Of a stretch of DNA of 64,000 bases, positions 26,943 to 41,805 are shown in pieces. The translations under genes and the position numbers were made by a program. The DNA comes from Octopus sinensis. Lineage: Eukaryota. Position 1 is the stretch's first letter. Each line of letters begins with the position of its first letter. Where the stretch lies: assembly GCF_006345805.1 (NCBI RefSeq), contig NC_043002.1, positions 47,678,001 through 47,742,000 of the forward strand. Direction: 5' to 3'. The notes below the pieces were generated by a model that saw only the letters and a list, made by a program, of their open reading frames with translations, did no database searches and was not told the origin of the DNA.

Positions 26943-27233
26943 TGACAAGCAGATCTGTGGTATTGAACAGAATATTTGCTGTTGCCCATCTCTTATACCA
27001 AGACAAAGCAATGTACATGATAACACTTCCAGTCAGTTAAGATCAGAAGCCATGAGAGCCACTGTCTGATACTGCATTTAACATGAGTCAAATACTTGTA
27101 ATTGAAAATTGCAGCTGATGTACAAGAATAGGTCCAGAAAGAAAGCATGCAGCAACAACAGAATGAAAACTTGTAGTATATACACAGTAGTGTGACATGA
27201 AATGTACAAGGAATGTAGACTGTACTGAGTGAC
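26943..27233 (+). repeat. Donor of the local duplication captured in the 29378-30143 cassette
   Basis: Nearly identical to 29539-29953; I see only two substitutions. Confidence 0.95.
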
Positions 27234-27379
27234 CAAACCTCATGCTATGCCACTGTGAATATGCTATATGAAATACAAATATAAGAATGCATCCTGTGTG
27301 TGGCTCATAGCTGTGTAATGCAAAGAAAAATAAAGCATGTTGTTTGAAGAACTAGATCATGCATTAAATTCTCAATTCT

Positions 27380-27720
27380 TATCAAAACAGTAATCTAATG
27401 ATGACAAAGAAGCAAAATTAGAATGTACCAGACATCTGTGCAGATAAGCCTGTGACAAATATCTGATGCACTGTATTAAATGTCCATCTTGGCAAAACTG
27501 TGTGAGAAATTACTTGCACTGGTTGATATGTGAAAAATTTGGACATAAAATGACTGAGTACTGGTTCAAGCATATCACTCCTCATCACAAGCATCAATGG
27601 TAACAACCATCTGGAACATGGTTATCTATACTGATAGATTAATATCAACCAATCGACCAGATGTCTCAAAAAGTATACATGAAATAGTTTAACAGTCCCT
27701 GCCAAATACTGAGGGCACTT
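27380..27720 (+). mobile_element. Degraded RLE-type LINE fragment
   Basis: NYLHWLICEKFG...WFKH...TNRPD-like pieces resemble the zinc-knuckle to RLE region. Confidence 0.5.
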
Positions 27721-28999
27721 GCAATCAATGCTCAAGGAACATAGAATGAAGTAGTTTGATAAAAAAAATCAAGTATGAACCATTCGAATTTACCAAACTT
27801 AAGAGTATAAAGATCTATTTTAGAAGAGCAGCTTTGGTTCCTTACAACATATTATCTGAGAAGTTGATGCAATTGTCAAGGATATTACATATGTATTAAA
27901 GAAGAGTGAGTTGCCTAAAGATATAGTTATAAATCATATTAAAGGTGCTGAGGTAGCCCATTAGTTATTACCTTGGATTTTGGATTTTATCTTATTGAAA
28001 ATGCATATGACAGAAAAATAAAATCCCTTGGTTGGTTGACTAAAATTATGATAGATACATGAGTAGATGAGACCAATGATGCTGCAGATATTGCCATATG
28101 ACCAGTATTCATTTCTGGAATGATTAATTACCTTAGTAATGAGAGACTATAACATATAGGTGCCATATCAAAGAAAATCTGTGAAACCTATGCAACATGT
28201 AAAAACGACAGTAAACTGATGATAATGATGATAATGAATACTGTGGAAGAGATATTCTGACATTTATCAATTTCATGAACAAATGTATACAGTGATGTTA
28301 GACATCTGATTGTTGTTGTAAAGATGAAATGAGGGCTATCTTCAAATAATGCAGAAATTACAAGTAGTGATACTGTTTTCTACAGACAAGTATTTGCATG
28401 TAAAATTATACCTGTTATATCTAAAGGCTGCACGTAATAACCAAATATTGATTGAACAAATTGGTAGCGAAGTGATATTTTGATTTTTATACTTTATACT
28501 AATAAGATACTTTGATGTAAACTACTGGTATTTTTCAAGTCAAATAATACAAGTAACTAATGGCTATTTGTATTTCTTGCTGCTATACTTTCTAAATTGC
28601 ACAAGCTTAATCTTTGAAGTTACCCCAGTAATCTACAGATTTAAAATGCACTTAATTTTATAAGAGATGATTTAAATCCTAACTGAAAATATGTGGAATT
28701 TTCTTTAAAGAACTTTACTTATATCAGCTTCTGTAATTAGAAAGCAAAGCAAGTCAGTGAAATTCAGATTATACTTGAATTTAATTGTAGTTAAGCTGAA
28801 ACATTTCCATACATTAAAAGTAAGATCAGTATTTTTTGTCTGTTTTTCATTCAGCAAACAACTAACATACTTTACTGTCTTCCAGTCTGCAGCTTTACAT
28901 TTTGGTTTCTTGCAAAAGATATCTTCTATAATATTGAGTTATAATCATTGCTTCTCCAATTTAATCTAGATGATTGTGTCAGCAATGCATCTATACTTT

Positions 29000-29340
29000 G
29001 CTTCTGCTCATGATTTTCCTCCTACAATATGCTAAAATCTGACAGAAACCACTACTAATCTTCAATTGCTGTACTGCATTAATTTCACTTGTTTAATTAC
29101 AATCAAAGTGCTCTAGAAATAGCTCCTATCTTAATCAGGTTTTTCAGCTGGTCGTCGTGTGTATCCACAAATAGTATGCTCAATCTTCAAGAAAAATTCT
29201 GATGACACTACTTGTTTTTCCAGTATTTCCAAAATGTTGGAAACAATCATTAACGATGATTGACTGCATCTTTCTTCCCTTCTCTTCACTTCACTTATTG
29301 ACAATCAGCATGGATTGCTTTAGTAATCCAAGTCAAGTAG
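29000..29340 (+). mobile_element. Decayed Jockey/CR1-group RT fragment
   Basis: IFKKNSD...SISKMLETIIN...LIDNQHG resembles P(I)PKK.D...SK..E.IIN...D.QYGF. Confidence 0.4.
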
Positions 29341-29432
29341 GTTGCAGTTAAGATAAAATACAATACTAGTCAAAATACAATATTTACATTATTTACAACT
29401 GACAGATATTTGTCCTCATCTTGTTTGTTGTT

Positions 29433-29478
29433 AACACAAAGTTTCGGCTGATATACCCTCCAGCCTTCATCAGGTGTT
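29433..29478 (-). ncRNA. Minimal type-I hammerhead ribozyme motif (PLE type), possibly inactive
   Basis: Minus strand: AACAC-CUGAUGA-A-GGCUG-gagggUAUAU-CAGCC-GAAAC-UUU-GUGUU. Stem I AACAC/GUGUU, stem II GGCUG/CAGCC, and core CUGAUGA and GAAA are present. Confidence 0.75.
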
Positions 29479-30016
29479 TTGGGGAAATTTCTTAGGGTTA
29501 GTAGCCCACTACGCCATATGCCCCAAGATTCCAGGCAGTGACAAGCAGATCTGTGGTATTGAACAGAATATTTGCTGTTGCCCATCTCTTATACCAAGAC
29601 AAAGCAATGTACATGATAACACTTCCAGTCAGTTAAGATCAGAAGCCATGAGAGCCACTGTATGATACTGCATTTAACATGAGTCAAATACTTGTAATTG
29701 AAAATTGCAGCTGATGTACAAGAATAGGTCCAGTCAGTTAAGATCAGAAGCCATGAGAGCCACTGTCTGATACTGCATTTAACATGAGTCAAATACTTGT
29801 AATTGAAAATTGCAGCTGATGTACAAGAATAGGTCCAGAAAGAAAGCATGCAGCAACAACAGAATGAAAACTTGTAGTATATACACAGTAGTGTGACATG
29901 AACTGTACAAGGAATGTAGACTGTACTGAGTGACAAGGAATGTAGACTGTACTAAGAATAATAATAACATCGAAAAATACCTTAGGAATGAGAACCCAGG
30001 CTTGAAATTTCCCCAA

Positions 30017-30062
30017 GACACCTGATGAAGGCTGGAGGATATATCAGCCGAAACATTGTGTT
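30017..30062 (+). ncRNA. Minimal type-I hammerhead ribozyme motif (PLE type), possibly inactive
   Basis: GACAC-CUGAUGA-A-GGCUG-gaggauauau-CAGCC-GAAAC-AUU-GUGUU; same fold as the minus copy. Confidence 0.75.
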
Positions 30063-33000
30063 ACCAACAAACAAGATGAGGACAAATATCTGTCAAATGT
30101 AAATAATGTACATAATTCTTCATCTCTTAAATATAGAACTGTACCAGTCAAAATATATTGATGAAATATCTGGTTGGTTTGAACACAACAAAATTGACAA
30201 TGCTCCCAAGGAGAGGAAATGAAAGGCATTTGGAAATTAGCTGCATAGCATGAATGTGATCTATGACTGTAAAGGAGGGTAAAACATACAATAGTTCTAT
30301 GCTCATTACTAGTTCTTGATCATAGACATAACTACTGTTCAACCAGTCCAAATGAATGCATTTATGCCGGTGTTTATGAAGAACAGAATTGTGATATTTG
30401 CTTTCTTATATAGGAAATCAATGAATATTAATGTGCTCTTTCTGAAGGAAATACTTGCAAAAGCATAAACACAAATATTTTGTTTTCTATTTTTGGGAAT
30501 TATAATAGTTAATTTTATAAACTTTGAAGATTTGAAGAATGTTTGTTTATATGCAAGCTCTTAGAATGGCATATAATTGAACATTTGGTTTATATGACTG
30601 TTGAATGATATCTATTTATGAAAATGTTCAAACTCAAAAGTTGAAGAATAAATGGAATACATTCTTGCAGACTAGGAGAAATTATTAGAAAACATGCATC
30701 TAGGAATTCAAAATTTGTTTTATTGAAAAATACATTGTACATGAAGCATCATTTGTAGACAGATGTTAAAAAGAAACTTTGAATTGAAAGGAGTTAAGAA
30801 AGAAAGCTACAACTGAATAATTTACAGAGGTTTTAACAGCTGAGACATCTCAGGTTTCATAAACAAATTTCCTATTATATATACTAACTGATAAAACAAG
30901 TTTTTTTTTTTTTTTAATAATAAGAAAGTACACAATGATATCATAAAAGAGTGTTATGTTAGTGTTTGAAACCTGATGAAATAGAGAAGCATGTTGCTTT
31001 TATAAAGATGTATTGAGTTGATAGCAACTTAGAGTTTGCTTTTAAAATGCCAGAAGTTAGTTTTATTGTACACTTTGTATCAAAATGGCATCAGATATAA
31101 AGAAAAAATTTCTTAATAATAAATAAAAACCAAATTCTTATTATTCACCAAAACTAAAATGAAAGAAAGTATAATTTCGATGAAATATGTACCTCAGAAT
31201 AATTGTCTCTTAATAGAATTCCTTGGCATACAAATAATTATTTTTCTTTTTCTTCAACTTTAAAACAAGTCCAATTAAATAAAGCAAAACATGGTAACAC
31301 AGAAGTATTTAAATAGTATATTATTGGTAATATAGTGTCACAATTAGTTTTTGAACTTAAAATTAAACTAAAATTGATGACAATAGGGATAAAAAATTAA
31401 GAAGGGATTGTAATTTAAGAATGCAAGTGGTATGAAATACTAAATCTTAATTACTGTGTTAAAACTTAGGATAATAGAGGATATTGGCAATGTACCCAAA
31501 TAGACTAAGATGTGAAGATGCATATTTCAATTTTAAATCAGTAATATACTGATTTAAATAAGTAAAATACTAATTTTCATTTAAATGCTTAAGTAATTCA
31601 TTAAAAACTGTAATTAATTTATGAATTTGTGACAAAAATTGATGTATAACTCAATAAAATTTTCAAAATGCTCCCTAAGGTATAACCATTTTCTATTTCA
31701 TAAATAACATAATTCTCTATTTCCTACCAGAAACATGAATATTCTCTTTTAATCATTTCTTTCATTGTACTACTTCTGATTTAGATCAGGTTCATTAGTG
31801 TTGAAAATATTTCCAATAAAATTGCCGCTATTGTTGTTTAGCTCCAAATTAGCTCTGATGGAATAAACCTATGATTAAAGGCATTCAACCCATGACCATT
31901 CTACTTTTTTTTTTTTTTTGCGTATCTTGGATTGCACTAACCAATATGTCAGTACCTTTTAAGGTAACAAGTTGTGATTTGAGGGGATTTTGCTGCTATT
32001 TTAGCAGATTGACAAATCCAGTAACTCTCTCAATGGTTTGATTAATAATAAAGCTGTTGTTTAACTCCAGATCAGTTCTTATTGAGAAGATTTATAATCA
32101 AAAGTATTTCAGACTTAAATACCTCACATTTGTTTAGGGTTATATAAAAGAACACATGGTAATGAGTTCCCTTTTTAAGTAAGACTATAATTTGAGAGAG
32201 TCATCTGCTATTTCAAACAGTTTGAGTCACCTGGAATAGAGGTTTCCTCATTTGCTCAATCAGCATGGTTTTCACTGGTAGCTTTTACAGTTTGTAATTA
32301 CATAATTGTTAATTACAAGGTAGGTCCCAAATGGATTCAGAAAGGGTGTATAAAACAGAATATAAAAAAAAAGACAGGAAAAAAATATTCACATTAAAAA
32401 TTTTTTAATTTTGTTTCTTGTGAAATACTTTGAATATTTCAAAATTATATTCTAATTTGAGAATGTTTTAGAATTATCTGAAAGAAAATGCAATATTCGC
32501 ATTATTTTGTAAATCGTTATAACAAAAATTAACATCGCGCAAAAAAAAGTAATAAGATAGAAGGCTTTGACTGAAGCATTAAGACTGTTATGCTGTATTA
32601 AACCCTAAATGAAATGATACCTTTTCCTGTAGGCTCCAAATTTTCCAAATCTTCTAACATGTAACAAATTATTAAAAGTTAAATATTGACAAATACTTAA
32701 ATTTACAATATTAAAAAATTATACACAGTCTGAATTTAATGATAGGTTAATTTTAAAATTTCAAATGATTATAAAATGCAATTGTATTATATGATGAATA
32801 TGTCTATTTTCCTTATTCTACCAAATAGCAAATTATTTATTTCTTCATATCATACAGAAATTACTTAAGAAATATACAAGTTTTGTTTTAAAACAAAACA
32901 TGTTTTAAAGCAAAAGAAGACAGATTGAAATGAGTTATGGATGTATATCTATGATAGATTGATTAGTCTTCAGGAATTACTGAAATCTGAAACCTATAAC

Positions 33001-34794
33001 ATTTTATGTAAACTACCTTGTACAAATCTAAAAGATCTAGGAAATCTTTTAAAAAAAATGAAAATGCCAAATTTGATTTGAATTATTTAAAAATAATTAT
33101 CCCATAGTAGTTACTGACTGTATTGCTAATTAAAATAATTATAACTAAAACTAGTAAATCTTTAGTTATTATTTATAAAATAAGCCAGAAAAACCTTATG
33201 TTTTCTGAAAAATATTTAAAATATCAATAAAAGATTCAATAATTCCAACAATATTGAATGCAAGGGTACAATACATGGCTTATGACTAGGAAGAAGCGTT
33301 GGTAAGATAGGTCAGTTTGCTAATGTAATAGAACATTAAACTAAATATCTTACGATAAATCGTTCCTGGGCTATGATTTTTTTTATTCAATATGTGGTTG
33401 ATAAAAAATACAAGAAATATATGAGAGTTAATTCACTCAAATTCGGGGTTGTACCCATGTATAAAAACTAATATTTCTCTAAAATTGAAATGAATTTTAA
33501 ATTTTAAAAAGCTTTTATATTGTCTATTTTGTGGCAACTATGTTAGTTACTTTGACATTTACTCACTGATTCGAAATATTGAAATGCAAGAATTCGTCTT
33601 TAATGATGTCATTATCATATTACCTTTTTTATGGCATATCTCTTCTATCTAAATAAGATCTATTTTATTGGTAACTAATCATATGTTTGTTTGACAATTT
33701 GGAATGAATATAAACTGCTGCACCCTCACCTTCAGTGTTCAGTATAATGCTAAAGACTGCTTTCAATAATTCAAATCAAGATGCTTCATTATATATTTTT
33801 TCCTTCAATATCAAATAAATTGATCAATTTTAAATTAAAATTTTTCCTCAACTGTTAATTAAATTTTAAAATTGTATCACAGTTAAAGCTGCCAATATAT
33901 TTTTCCATTTAAAATATATTTTTGGTGAAATCACACTTATAAAGTGCTCACTGGATGGATTTAATAAAACCTTACAGGAATTTAAAATTCTTCACATCAT
34001 ACTCCTGTAAGACTGTCTAATTCTTATCATCATCAGTAAAATTAATTTTAGCTGCCTTGGTTGTATGCACTTCTGCTTCAAACTTTAAAGTGATCTTCAT
34101 TAAATTTCATTAGGTAAAAATTGTACAACATTGATGCGCTTTTAATAACAGAATATGATTGGTTTTGCTACAGCCATTCATACTCTGTATTTTTTCTCTT
34201 TTTCATAAAATTTTATATAGCATTAAGATGATGTCTCACAATGAGAGGTAAACAAATTAAATTAGATATGGTAAATAAAACACATCAACATTTTAAAATT
34301 TCATATTGATATTGTTTTCTTGGTGGGTTTCTCATTGTTATTTACTACATATCTAAAGATAAGTAAGATTGATTTAAATCATCAATTTCCTTTGTAACAT
34401 TTAAAAGATGAGAATGTTCGTAAGTGGAAAAAAAAACAGCAACGAAAGTTTTACTAATATACTACATAGCCCTATCTTGAGTAGCAACGAAGGATAAGGA
34501 ATATTCTGGAATATTACTAAAAAAAATCAATGACAACACAATTGATTACCAAGTGAATGAAACTATATAACCAGCATTATCAGAATAATAATGTAATGCT
34601 CCAAAAAATTTCATAAATTTAATTATCAAAATATTATCGGCATGTGAACACTGATATAATTATGAAATGTTTTCTGGAATATAGAATGAGAATGTATTTC
34701 AAAATGCAGGATGGCATTTTATTGTTTTTTTTTATAATTAGCACTGTTATTACTGCAAAATCTATTTTTCTCTCTCTCAACTTCTCTATACTTG

Positions 34795-34800
34795 TGTATG

Positions 34801-34867
<67 letters not shown>

Positions 34868-34974
34868 TATATACATATATCTATGCGCATATATACATAT
34901 ATATACATATATATACATATATATACATATATATATATACATACATGCATATATATATGTGTGTGTGTGTATAC

Positions 34975-35015
<41 letters not shown>
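34795..35015. repeat. (TA)n/(CATA)n microsatellite
   Basis: Direct inspection. Confidence 0.95.
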
Positions 35016-35018
<3 letters not shown>

Positions 35019-38000
35019 AATACAGTACATGGATCCATTCTACGTAGGATCAACAAAAAATGTACTCCATCCAGTAAGAAATAAATAGCATTTAATATAT
35101 ACAATTACAAAAGAGCTGCTGAGAGTTTCATGCTTTAAGATACATTAAATTGACAGATTTATATAACATGGCATGTTATATAAATCAGCTAATTTAATGT
35201 ATCTTAAAACAGGAAACTATCAGCAGCTCTTTTGTAATTGTGTGTGTGTGTGTGTGTGTGTGTCTGTGTGTATATATATATATATGTATGTATGGATGGA
35301 TGGATGTATGTATATATAGCAGATATGCATGCTTATAGAAATACATGCATTATATCTATCTCTATATAGTATGTGTGCATATTTGTGCATGTGTATGCCT
35401 ATGTACACCCATCCACACACAAGCATGCTCATTGCAAGTTGTACCATGGTCTGTATCTATGTATATTATTTATGAGCTACAAAATAATTATTATTTTATT
35501 TTACCTTAAAAATAAAGGATAAATTACTATTATTATTTTTTTTCATTTAAAATAACTATGGTTTAAGAAATAAAATGAACTAAAGTATTTCAAACCCAGA
35601 GAAAATTCAATACACCCTGATATAAAGAGATGATTAAAATATGGAGACTTTTTCCAAGATTTTGATGTATTGCATAATATGTAGAAACAAGGATATGTCA
35701 AAAAAATATACAGAAGAGAATATTACAATGAAAATGCTAAAAAAATAAACTGAAGATAAAACATATGCACCAAATAAATCGAGATGCTTTCAAAAAAATT
35801 GATTTGATGCAGCACTAGTATGTGCTATTTGAGATCATTTAAAAAATAAATTAAGCTGGTACCAAAAGGTACAAAAAATGTTTCACAATACTGACAAAAT
35901 ATAAACATTAATAAATTTACAGAGACTTTTATTCAGTACAAAATAGAGAAATCCACAAGTGTCTTTGATATGAATTGTTTCAGAAAAAGTGATTGGTTAA
36001 ACAGTTTTGTTTATTATATTAACAAGCTTTATCAACAGTTTGTTGATAAATACAATTTTATGCAGAAAGCTTCTTTCTTTATCCACACATCTAAGGAAAA
36101 TTTAATAGAAATATATAAAACAGCATGTTTTAAATGCAGAATCACAAGGCCAGCAATAAGCCTACAGTAATGAAATAGAATTGTGAAAGGGACAACTACT
36201 GCAGATCAGAAGATATATATTTTAGTGTAGATTTTTCTGATAACATCTATGGCAAAACAAAATTAAATGGTTTGTCAGAGACTCAGAAGATCTACCATTT
36301 ATTAGAATACAATACTTTGAACAGAATTTAACCAGATCCAAAACTGGACATTTGAAATATATATTAAATATGGTTTTGCTAATGCTGACTATTTAATTAT
36401 GAAACAGAAGAGCATTAGTAAAACAAACTGAATTTCTAATCATTGGTTTGTGATCAAACCTTTGAAGATAATCTTTTCAAAATAAAACTAAAATCTAATA
36501 AAAGCCATTCAGCTTAATACTGATAGCCAAGAACTCTACATAGAACTCATAGAAAATGAAAATAATTCTTAATCATTCTTAGTGCATAACATCAAACTTT
36601 GATGTTTTATTAGTTTTTTATGAATTTGAAGATGCTCAATTGAAAATTTGGTTTACAAATTTCATCAAACTCACTTATAAGAATTTTTTTTTATTATATT
36701 TGTTTATCAGCTATAGTAAATTAAAAATAAAGAGAAAAAATTCAGAAAATCACTAATAACACATAAATGGATTCAGAGTTTTCTAAAGAAAAGATAAATG
36801 TTTATAACAAAATCCTATAGACATAAAATTACATTACTATATAAAGTAATGAAATTATAAACCAAAATCCCCAAGTCATACATAAAATTCACTATAATGT
36901 TCATAAAGAGAGACATAAACTATCACATATCATTTCAATAAGAAGTTATTGATATTTAGCACTGACTCCAAATGTGGATTGGCATGACAAGCTTGGTACA
37001 CCACCAGGAATTTGAATAAAATTATTCTTCACTTACAAACAGAAAATGTCAAATGAAATAGAAGTTTGCAAATGATATTGAAATATCAATCCACAGAATT
37101 TTTTTAAAAGAAAAATCTCATTTTCCCTTTCATAGTCTTAAATAACAGTACAAGCATAGTCATGGAAAAATGTTAAAAATGCCATTCAGAGATGGAAGTA
37201 AAAGTAGGTGATAAAGATTCTGCCCATTAGAAGATAGATCTTTCAATATTTGTCAACTTATCTCACAAGAGATTTTCTTTTAGAATCTGTACTTGTTCAG
37301 ATATATATATATATATATATATATGTATAAAATAGTAGAAATAATAGAGCAAATTTGTAAAGCTATTTCCTCTTAAGCAAACATGACACAGACTATTTAT
37401 ACTTCTAGTTATAAGGGTTATATAATAATTAGTTTTTATAATACCAAATAGTCTTTCTCACTGATTGATGTAACAGAAAATGGCTCCTAATCATTTGATA
37501 TCAATACCACATATCTAGACTCATTTTGGTTAATTTCTTAAATTCAGACAACTTACAAAATAAAAAGTGAAAAAGAGTTAAAAACTAGATTATTACCTTT
37601 TGAAAATAATTTATCAACAAATAGTTATATGCACAAACCGTATAATGAAAGAATCTGTGTCAGTTTCATTTAAGTTATGCAATTTTAAAAAATATAAAAC
37701 AAATTGAATTTAGTGAATATTTTTTATATATTTTAACAGAAAAGAAATGACTTTTCACCGAGATGTATATAAGAGTATAACTTCAAAAACTATACTAATA
37801 GTCAAATGTTCTTTACTTTCACTTTATCCATTAGCATTTAAAATCATAACTGATCTAATGAAAAATTTCTAGGATTATTATGGCCTAGAAGCATGCACCT
37901 CTTCCTAAGAGGCATGCACCTCTTCCTAAAATTGTGGCATATAGTTAAGTGCTTTTACTAATGAAACAACATGGAACCTATTAACAGATAATAAATTGGT

Positions 38001-40730
38001 ATATATTTACTATGTATACCATATTTAGCATTATTCATCCCATTTGCTAATTAATAGTCTTAAATATCCATTTGATATGTTATCCACTTCTCCAGACAGT
38101 AGCAATTTTTTTTTATAAATGTTATCTTATTACCAGAAAGAAATTGTTTTTGAAAGTTGCAATAGAAAAAAGTGTCACTTTATAATATCTTCATTTTCTG
38201 TTTTTTATTTATTTTTTGTGGATATGGACAGCTATTTGAACTATTCCCTTTATCTTCATTACCCACATTACAGCCAAATGGGCTGTAAACATCAGCTCCT
38301 TTTGATCATGACAGATAAGGCAGGCTTAAGAAAATAAATATGTAAATGCCCCTTTTACATTTACATCTGGATATTGATTAGATATTCTGAAAAGTAATCT
38401 GATGCATACTTCATGGTTGGTGTAGTATGACAGACACGATGATACTGAAAGCAATTTTTTTAAATAAATATTTTAAGGATTATATTTTCATGAATTGGAG
38501 TACACTGGTCAACTACAAGGTGGGATTCATCCAAGTGATTGAGATAAATAAAGGATGTGCCTTGGGAAAAGGAAGAAATCAATGTAACTCACAACCTTTG
38601 TATTAGTCAGAAAACATAAAGCACATTAATTAGCCACTCCATATGCATTAAAAAGCAGCCATTCTGTATTTGTATATGAAATCCTAAGAAACTTCTTCCT
38701 CAATTTTATGAAGCAATCTTCTCTTTTGGCATAAAATGATGCATACAGAAATGGAATAACAAAATAATTCACTGCAAAATATATTGAACTTTGTTTATAT
38801 TTCTTCTATTGATTATTGTATTTAACTTATAGAAATAATTGATTTATTCAAGTAGCATGGAGTTGCTTTTCTCTATTGAAAAAAATAACCAAAAACAACA
38901 AATGATTATAAAATGGGGAAATAACAACAGTGTTCTTTAAAAATCAACCATATATGAAGCTGTAAGTTATTCTAAAATCTGTGAAATATATACTGTACTT
39001 TAAGAAGGATCAATAATATACTCTAGATAAAAATCAGATATTTGATTATTGTGGAAACAGCATGTAAGTATAAATGGTTATTGAAAAGAAAAAGTACTGC
39101 TTAAAAAAATATTTTAAATCTCATAAAAACTTTATGGTAAAAAGAAATCTATTAAAAAATTTTCCACAAAAAATATTGCATAATTTTTTAATGTAAATTT
39201 CTGAAGCTGACAGGATGAACAGATAGGGAGGGAAATTTTTGCATAAAATGTAACTTCAATATTGTCTACTTTAAACTTCTATTAAACTTTCAGTATTTTC
39301 TTAGTTGATAGAATTCTTATTCATCACTATGCTATAAATATCTATTCATTATATATAACCTTTTGTCAGTATATTTGGTTATTTAAAATAGCATTAAAAA
39401 TAAATGATAAATGAACATCAACGAACCAACGTGCTAAAGCCAGTTATTCCAATTGGATATAAAAGGTAAAATATGGCAAAGCAAAGAGATAATGGCTAAT
39501 TTCAAATATATGGCTAAAATTGTATTTTGCAATATATACCAAATAATAACACAACAGATAGACTATCAAAATTAAAAAGCAGAAGCTAAGTATATATTTA
39601 TTTTTATATTTTTAGAAAATATCTACTTGGCCTTGTTTTAATCTTTATCTAGAGCTACAATTACAAATATTAGAAGCTATTTTGTAAAACTATCTGTTGA
39701 TAATCTACTTCTAGAACAAATTCTCTTAATATAATAGTACCCTTTATCACAACCAATAATCTATCTACTAAAGAGCATTTTAGGAAATCTCTCAGTAGAA
39801 CAATACATTGAAAGGAATTACCATACCAATAGCAAATTGACTTGATGATTTAAAAATGAAATAATATATCTTAAGTAGATTTCAAATTTTTTTTTACCAT
39901 ATCAATACACAGATTAGAAGTGAGTGAAATGCATCATGAGAAATTTTATTTATCAACTGTTTATTCTGTCAAGAATCTACTTCTAATAATATATGATCAC
40001 TGGTAAACTTTTGAAATTTCTAAAGCAACATTATTTTTTATATAACTAATCTAATAAGATTTATTGTTTATATTTTAGTTGATGGATTTACAACAAAGTC
40101 CAATATGACTATATTTTATCAACAAATGAATTGCTAGGAGAAACATGAGTGTTGATAAGTGTATTTCTGGATAGTAAAACTTTATGCAGAGTACTTATAA
40201 AAACAGTTAAAAATAGATAATTACTTTGTTTAGAACTGTTTTCTTCCTTTTTATTCAGTTCTTTTTCATTTTCTTCTATAGCATTTTGTTATAAAAAGAA
40301 AACTATATATTTTCATAAAATCTCCTGCTTATAGTAATATTTAATGGATCAATAACTGGTAATCAGAGATAGCAACACGTTGGAATGTTGATAGTGTTTA
40401 TCATAGTTTTATTTCACACTTCTAAATATAACTTGAATCTAGTAAAAATTACAGAAAATTTCATGATTCTAAAACTTCACGCTAAACTCAAGTTTGATAT
40501 ACTATGAAAATGAATGAGTAAGAATGTAAATAAAACTAAAAGAATTAGAAACCTAAATAAAATAATCAATATGCAGACCTGTTTTCTAAATTTGATTGAT
40601 AACTTGTTTTCTAAACTTAACACATGGTGACTTCTTTTTTTTACCATAGTTAATAAATAAACTTCATAATTTCATTTTACTATATGCTTAAATATACTAA
40701 TTTTAACATATCTGTGTTGTAGAAGCATAC

Positions 40731-41805
<1,075 letters not shown>

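Larger units (their letters stand above)
29378..30143. mobile_element. Composite Penelope-type insertion: inverted HHR-bearing terminus + filler + captured local DNA + HHR-bearing terminus
   Basis: Inverted arms at ~29384-29491 and ~30004-30110. Flanking direct repeat ctagtcaaaata (29366-29377) / ccagtcaaaata (30144-30155). Confidence 0.75.

Noticed and set aside
29198-29245. Additional hammerheads at other CTGATGA sites (also ~30976, ~48934)
   Set aside because: No proper stem II closing onto GAAA and no stem I.
29378-30143. Classical retrozyme producing a circular RNA
   Set aside because: Retrozymes need two hammerheads in direct orientation on one strand; these are inverted.
30150-30350. 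Possible RT fragment on the minus strand (FTVIDHIHAMQLISKC), and similar weak traces at 52390-52900
   Set aside because: Only one short motif resemblance each; too weak to annotate without an HMM search.
37888-37928. 18-bp direct repeat with a small hairpin, and a similar ~27-bp tandem duplication at 44442-44498
   Set aside because: Ordinary short slippage duplications with no further structure.
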